Assembly: GCA_903894955.1 (NCBI GenBank)
Contig: CAITSA010000001.1
Coordinates: 3,769 to 67,768, forward strand
DNA: 64,000 nt
Origin: an uncultured bacterium
Lineage (GTDB): Bacteria; Patescibacteriota; Minisyncoccia; Phycocordibacterales; UBA9973
Reading direction: 5' to 3'
The position numbers and the translations under genes are program-made. The first letter of the stretch is position 1, and each line of letters opens with the position of its first letter. Shown piece after piece: positions 60,015 through 64,000 of the stretch. The notes beneath the pieces were generated by a model. The model was not told the DNA's origin, searched no databases, and saw only the letters and a list, made by a program, of their open reading frames with translations.

Positions 60015-62165
60015 ATGGGCGAATATATGCAAAAAAAAGAATATAGTGTAGAGATTGGCGGAAAAACATTAACGGCTATTTTTACTGATTTAGCTGAACA
60101 AGCTCATGGTTCAGTAATATTAAAATATGGAGAAACAATTGTTCTGGCCACTGTTTGTATGTCTCATGACAAACAAAAAGGTTTAGGATATTTTAATTTG
60201 ACAGTTGATTATGTAGAAAAATTTTATGCAGCTGGAAAAATTTTAGGTTCACGTTTTGTTAGACGAGAAGGGAGACCTTCAGAAGAAGCTATCCTTGCCA
60301 GTCGAGTTATCGACAGGACTCTTCGTCCACTTTTTGATCAATCGATTCGTCACGCGGTGCAAGTCATTGTGACGGTTCTTTCGGTAGACGACAATGATCC
60401 GACGATTTTAGCAGTTAATGCAGCCTCTCTCGCTTTAGCTGTTTCGAATATTCCATGGAATGGTCCTATTGGTTGTGTGCGTATTGGTAAATACGATAAC
60501 GATAATCTAATCATCAATCCAGCCCAGTCTTTGCGTATAGATGAGGATACTCAATATAAGTTTGACCTAACTGTTTGCGGGAAAGATGGAAATATAAATA
60601 TGATTGAAGCCTCTGCCCGTCAGAGCAAGGAAGAAGAATTAGAAGAAGCCTTAGAAAAGGCAAGTATTGAAATAACTAAACTAGAAAATTTTCAAAAGAA
60701 AATAGTGGGAGAAATAGGTAAAGAAAAAAGAATTATTGAGAAAGAAATAATTTCTCCAGAATCAGTGGCTTTATTTAATGAAAATATTTTACCCAAAATG
60801 GAGGAAGCACTTTTTGGCGAAGCGGGCCTGCCTGCGCAGTCAGGCAAAAAGAAAATAGATGATTTGCATAATATGTGGAATAAAATGGTGCAGGATAAAT
60901 TCAAAGACCGAGACGATTTCTTCTTAGAAGATAATTTGTTTGATGATGCAGAAAATGAAATCTTGCACAAAAAAGCGATAGCAGAAAACAAAAGAGCTGA
61001 TGGAAGAAAGATGGACGAACTTCGTGATTTATATGCTCAAGCCGGAGGATTTTCGAGTAAATTACATGGTTCGGGAATTTTTTATCGTGGAGGAACACAT
61101 GTGCTTTCAGTCCTCACCTTAGGTGGTCCTGAAGATAGAAATTTAGTTGATGGCTTACAGTTGAAAGTAGAGAAAAGATTTATGCATCATTATAATTTTC
61201 CTCCTTATTCTGGAGGAGAAGTAGGAAGATCAGGTTTTACTAATCGCCGAGAAATTGGACATGGAGCCCTCGCCGAAAAAGCTCTAGCGATGGTTCTGCC
61301 TTCAGTTTCAGAATTTCCATATACCATGAGAATTGTTTCTGAATCAATGGCTTCTAATGGTTCTACTTCACAAGCAAGTATTTGCGCTTCTATTCTCGCC
61401 TTGATGGATGGCGGAGTGCCAATTAAAGCACCTGTCGCTGGCATAGCGATGGGCTTGATGATTGAAGATGATGCAAAATACAAAATTTTGACTGACATTC
61501 AAGGACCCGAAGATCATCATGGTGATATGGATTTCAAAATTGCTGGAACGAGAATTGGTGTTACCGCTATCCAGCTTGATGTAAAAGTAGAAGGAGTATC
61601 GATAAAAATATTAGGGGAAGCAATGAGACAAGGAAAAATTGCACGGGTAGTTATTATTGATAGACTAGAAAAAGAAATTCCAAAATCCCGAGACAATATT
61701 TCTCCAAACGCACCAAAGATTTTAATTATTAAAATTAATCCTGAAAAAATTGGTTTAGTGATTGGTGGTGGAGGAAAAACAATCAAAGAAATTAAAGAAA
61801 AATCTGGCGCGGAAATAACCATTGAAGATGACGGAACTGTTTATTTGACCGGAAAAGATGGATCAGCTGAAAAAGCAAAAGAATTAGTTGAAGAGATGAC
61901 TCATGAATTTAAAGTGGGGGAAATGTTGAAAGGTGAGGTTATGAAAATTCTTGATTTTGGAGCTTTTGTGGCCTTGAATCCTTTCACGGATGGAATGGTG
62001 CATATTTCTGAAATAGCACCATTTCGCGTCGAGAGAGTATCAGATATAATAAAGGAAGGGATGATTGTTCCAGTGAAAGTTATCTCTATTGATAAAGAAA
62101 GAGGGAAAATTGGTCTATCTATTAAAGAAGCGGATAAAGATTTTTTTAATGGCGGAAAAAAATAA
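60015..62165 (+). CDS. pnp: polyribonucleotide nucleotidyltransferase (PNPase)
   Basis: Two RNase PH domains; KH (VIGGGGKTIKEI); S1 (GEVMKILDFGAFVAL). Follows rpsO as usual. Confidence 0.9.
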   Translation: MGEYMQKKEYSVEIGGKTLTAIFTDLAEQAHGSVILKYGETIVLATVCMSHDKQKGLGYFNLTVDYVEKFYAAGKILGSRFVRREGRPSEEAILASRVIDRTLRPLFDQSIRHAVQVIVTVLSVDDNDPTILAVNAASLALAVSNIPWNGPIGCVRIGKYDNDNLIINPAQSLRIDEDTQYKFDLTVCGKDGNINMIEASARQSKEEELEEALEKASIEITKLENFQKKIVGEIGKEKRIIEKEIISPESVALFNENILPKMEEALFGEAGLPAQSGKKKIDDLHNMWNKMVQDKFKDRDDFFLEDNLFDDAENEILHKKAIAENKRADGRKMDELRDLYAQAGGFSSKLHGSGIFYRGGTHVLSVLTLGGPEDRNLVDGLQLKVEKRFMHHYNFPPYSGGEVGRSGFTNRREIGHGALAEKALAMVLPSVSEFPYTMRIVSESMASNGSTSQASICASILALMDGGVPIKAPVAGIAMGLMIEDDAKYKILTDIQGPEDHHGDMDFKIAGTRIGVTAIQLDVKVEGVSIKILGEAMRQGKIARVVIIDRLEKEIPKSRDNISPNAPKILIIKINPEKIGLVIGGGGKTIKEIKEKSGAEITIEDDGTVYLTGKDGSAEKAKELVEEMTHEFKVGEMLKGEVMKILDFGAFVALNPFTDGMVHISEIAPFRVERVSDIIKEGMIVPVKVISIDKERGKIGLSIKEADKDFFNGGKK

Positions 62166-63027
62166 TAATAAAATAAATAAGGTATTTGCGGAAACTTATG
62201 CTGAAGATATGGCGGAGGTAATTGAAAATAACAAAGATGGCTTAGTAAAAAAAATAATTCACGGGGAGGAAGAGCACGAAAAAGAAAAGAAAAATTTATC
62301 TCCAGAATCAACCCAAAACAAAGTTTTTATGCTGATTAGCCTTTTACTTGTAATTATCGCTTTGCTTATCTTATCTTTTTTCGTTTTTAAAAAAGACGAC
62401 AATGCAGTGACAGTAGAGAAGCAATTTGTTCCTATTATTTTTAATGATCAAAGCACTTTTCTAGAAATTTCTACTTTGAATAAAGAAGAAATAATGCAGA
62501 CTATTTCAAGTGAAGTGAATAACACGAAGGTGCAAACAGGAGGAGTGGAAGGAATTTATCTTACAGAAAATAAGCAAATTGTAGGACTGAGAAGGTTCCT
62601 CTCCTTAATCAAGAGTAATTTTATTCCAGGTGATAATACTCTTTTTGTTAATGATGATTTTATGATGGGAGCGGTCCTGACTGGGTTGAAGTCTACTTCA
62701 CCTAAGGCTGGGGATTTCTTTATTTTACTGAAAGTTCGTTCTACGGTGGATATTTTTGATGCTCTCCGTGCTTGGGAAGGAAAAATGTTTTCTGATATGT
62801 ACAAATTTTTTGGAGTCACTATTTCAAAAGACACAAATTATCTTTTCACAAAAGAATTTCAAGATGGGGTGGTGGAAAATAAAAATGCTCGTATTCTTTA
62901 TGGTCAAGATGGTCAAATAATAATGATGTATATTTTTGCTGACGATGGTTCTGTTCTTATCACGGATTCTCAACCTGTCGCACATGAAATTATGCTCCGC
63001 CTCGCTTCTGCTCAAAAGAAGCAGTAG
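62149..63027 (+). CDS. single-pass membrane protein, unknown function
   Basis: Start moved to ATG 62149 (MAEKNNNK). TM VFMLISLLLVIIALLILSFFVF. Confidence 0.65.
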   Translation: MAEKNNNKINKVFAETYAEDMAEVIENNKDGLVKKIIHGEEEHEKEKKNLSPESTQNKVFMLISLLLVIIALLILSFFVFKKDDNAVTVEKQFVPIIFNDQSTFLEISTLNKEEIMQTISSEVNNTKVQTGGVEGIYLTENKQIVGLRRFLSLIKSNFIPGDNTLFVNDDFMMGAVLTGLKSTSPKAGDFFILLKVRSTVDIFDALRAWEGKMFSDMYKFFGVTISKDTNYLFTKEFQDGVVENKNARILYGQDGQIIMMYIFADDGSVLITDSQPVAHEIMLRLASAQKKQ

Positions 63028-63032
63028 AAATT

Positions 63033-64000
63033 TTATTTTATTTTCTCAATTTTTTCCCACGGGAGATTTTTTTTGCCAAAGTGGCCATAAGTGGCAGTTT
63101 GTTTAAAAATTGGTTTACGAAGATTAAGTTTTTCTATGATGGCAAGTGGTTTAAAGTCAAAATTTTTCTGAACAATTTGTGATAAATCTTCACCTTTTTC
63201 ATTTTTTGCTTCGATCATTAGAGGTTCAGCCATACCGATAGCATAAGCAACAGACACGAGCACTTCTTTTCCATAACCATTCGCGACAAGATTTTTAGCG
63301 ACAAAACGTGCCATATAAGCACCCGAACGGTCAACTTTTGTAGCGTCTTTCCCGGAGAAAGAACCACCACCGATCGATATTTGCGGTCCATAATTATCAA
63401 TGATTAATTTTCTACCAGAGAGCCCTGTATCTGCATCAAACCCTCCCAATGTCCATTCTCCCGCGGGATTAATTATATATGTATCAGCCTTAATTATTTT
63501 TTTAGTTAATTTTAAAAGTTCTTTATTTTTTGTATTTTGAAAACTGGCGACCACGGTCAATACTTTGCCATTTTCTATTGTTACTTGTGTTTTGCCATCA
63601 TATGGATAGACCGAAAATATTTTTTGGCATAAATTACGAGCTAAAACATATTCAAGAGGTAAATATAGAGGGGTCTCATTGGTTGCATATCCCTTCATAA
63701 TTCCTTGATCTCCAGCTCCGCCATTATCCACTCCATGTGCAATTTCTGGACTTTGTAAAACAATATTGATTATTATTTTGTAATTTGGTCCGACAATTTT
63801 TCTAACTAACTTTTCTATATTTATATTACTTTTTGAAGTTACTTCGCCATTGATGGTTATCAAATTGTGTCCGCCCATTATTTCAATTGCAGTTCGACTT
63901 TTTTTATCCTTTTTTAAATAAGCGTCTAAAATACTATCGGCGATAAAGTCACAGATTTTGTCCGAATGTTTTGGGCTTACAAATTCAGCTGTTTTTTTCA
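63033..64000 (-). CDS. metK: S-adenosylmethionine synthetase (5' end essentially at the window edge)
   Basis: GAGDQGIMKGYA, DTGLSGRKLIIDNYG. The frame continues upstream of the track's Met: KKTAEFVSPKHSDKICDFIADSILDAYL. The codon spanning 64001-63999 ends in TG, so the ATG is probably at 64001. Confidence 0.9.
   Translation of the reverse strand, partial: KKTAEFVSPKHSDKICDFIADSILDAYLKKDKKSRTAIEIMGGHNLITINGEVTSKSNINIEKLVRKIVGPNYKIIINIVLQSPEIAHGVDNGGAGDQGIMKGYATNETPLYLPLEYVLARNLCQKIFSVYPYDGKTQVTIENGKVLTVVASFQNTKNKELLKLTKKIIKADTYIINPAGEWTLGGFDADTGLSGRKLIIDNYGPQISIGGGSFSGKDATKVDRSGAYMARFVAKNLVANGYGKEVLVSVAYAIGMAEPLMIEAKNEKGEDLSQIVQKNFDFKPLAIIEKLNLRKPIFKQTATYGHFGKKNLPWEKIEKIK

Noticed and set aside
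1-64000. An alternative genetic code (UGA recoding, as in Gracilibacteria/SR1), suspected because polA is missing from the ORF track.
   Set aside because: All other housekeeping genes are long, intact ORFs under the standard code. polA is simply open to the window edge, so the track had no stop codon to close it.

Overview
AT-rich, tightly packed bacterial chromosome segment covering the replication-origin neighbourhood (dnaN-dnaA | rpmH-rnpA-yidD-[inserted gene]-yidC-jag). The gene content looks like a reduced Patescibacteria/CPR-type genome (inference only). The grounds are small housekeeping genes, many orphan secreted or membrane proteins, 71-72 nt tRNAs without encoded CCA, and almost no biosynthesis except a complete aspartate->meso-DAP operon. 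Standard genetic code; no rRNA and no CRISPR array seen. Main blocks: polA (partial), pilB, the dapB-dapA-dapL-asd-lysC-dapF operon, ruvB/ruvC, tyrS, a class A PBP, and dnaN/dnaA/oriC. A 14-kb minus-strand locus (25.7-39.8 kb) encodes a minimal type-IV-secretion-like apparatus: split VirB4, a PrgI/VirB3-like protein, a VirB6-like protein, and a pilin-like protein fused to an L,D-transpeptidase. Further on are rsmA, a UbiA/polyprenyl-synthase pair, uvrD/pcrA, a LysM-M23 peptidase behind a candidate c-di-AMP riboswitch, a small tRNA cluster, cca, xthA, a xer-type recombinase, rpsO, pnp and metK (partial). Most unusual observations: (1) A population of GC-rich hairpin or three-way-junction mini-elements built as 'AT-rich inverted arm - GC-rich core - inverted arm'. 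They sit after genes and also IN FRAME inside housekeeping genes (polA x2, ruvB, rsmA, uvrD, cca, xthA, pnp). (2) A GIY-YIG gene cassette bounded by 17-bp perfect inverted repeats, wedged inside the T4SS-like operon. (3) Three 560-574-aa cysteine-rich zinc-ribbon paralogues jammed between housekeeping genes, one splitting yidD from yidC. They show a gene-conversion tract and a synonymously recoded duplicate of one gene's 3' end. All calls are by eye from the sequence and ORF track; nothing was searched against databases.
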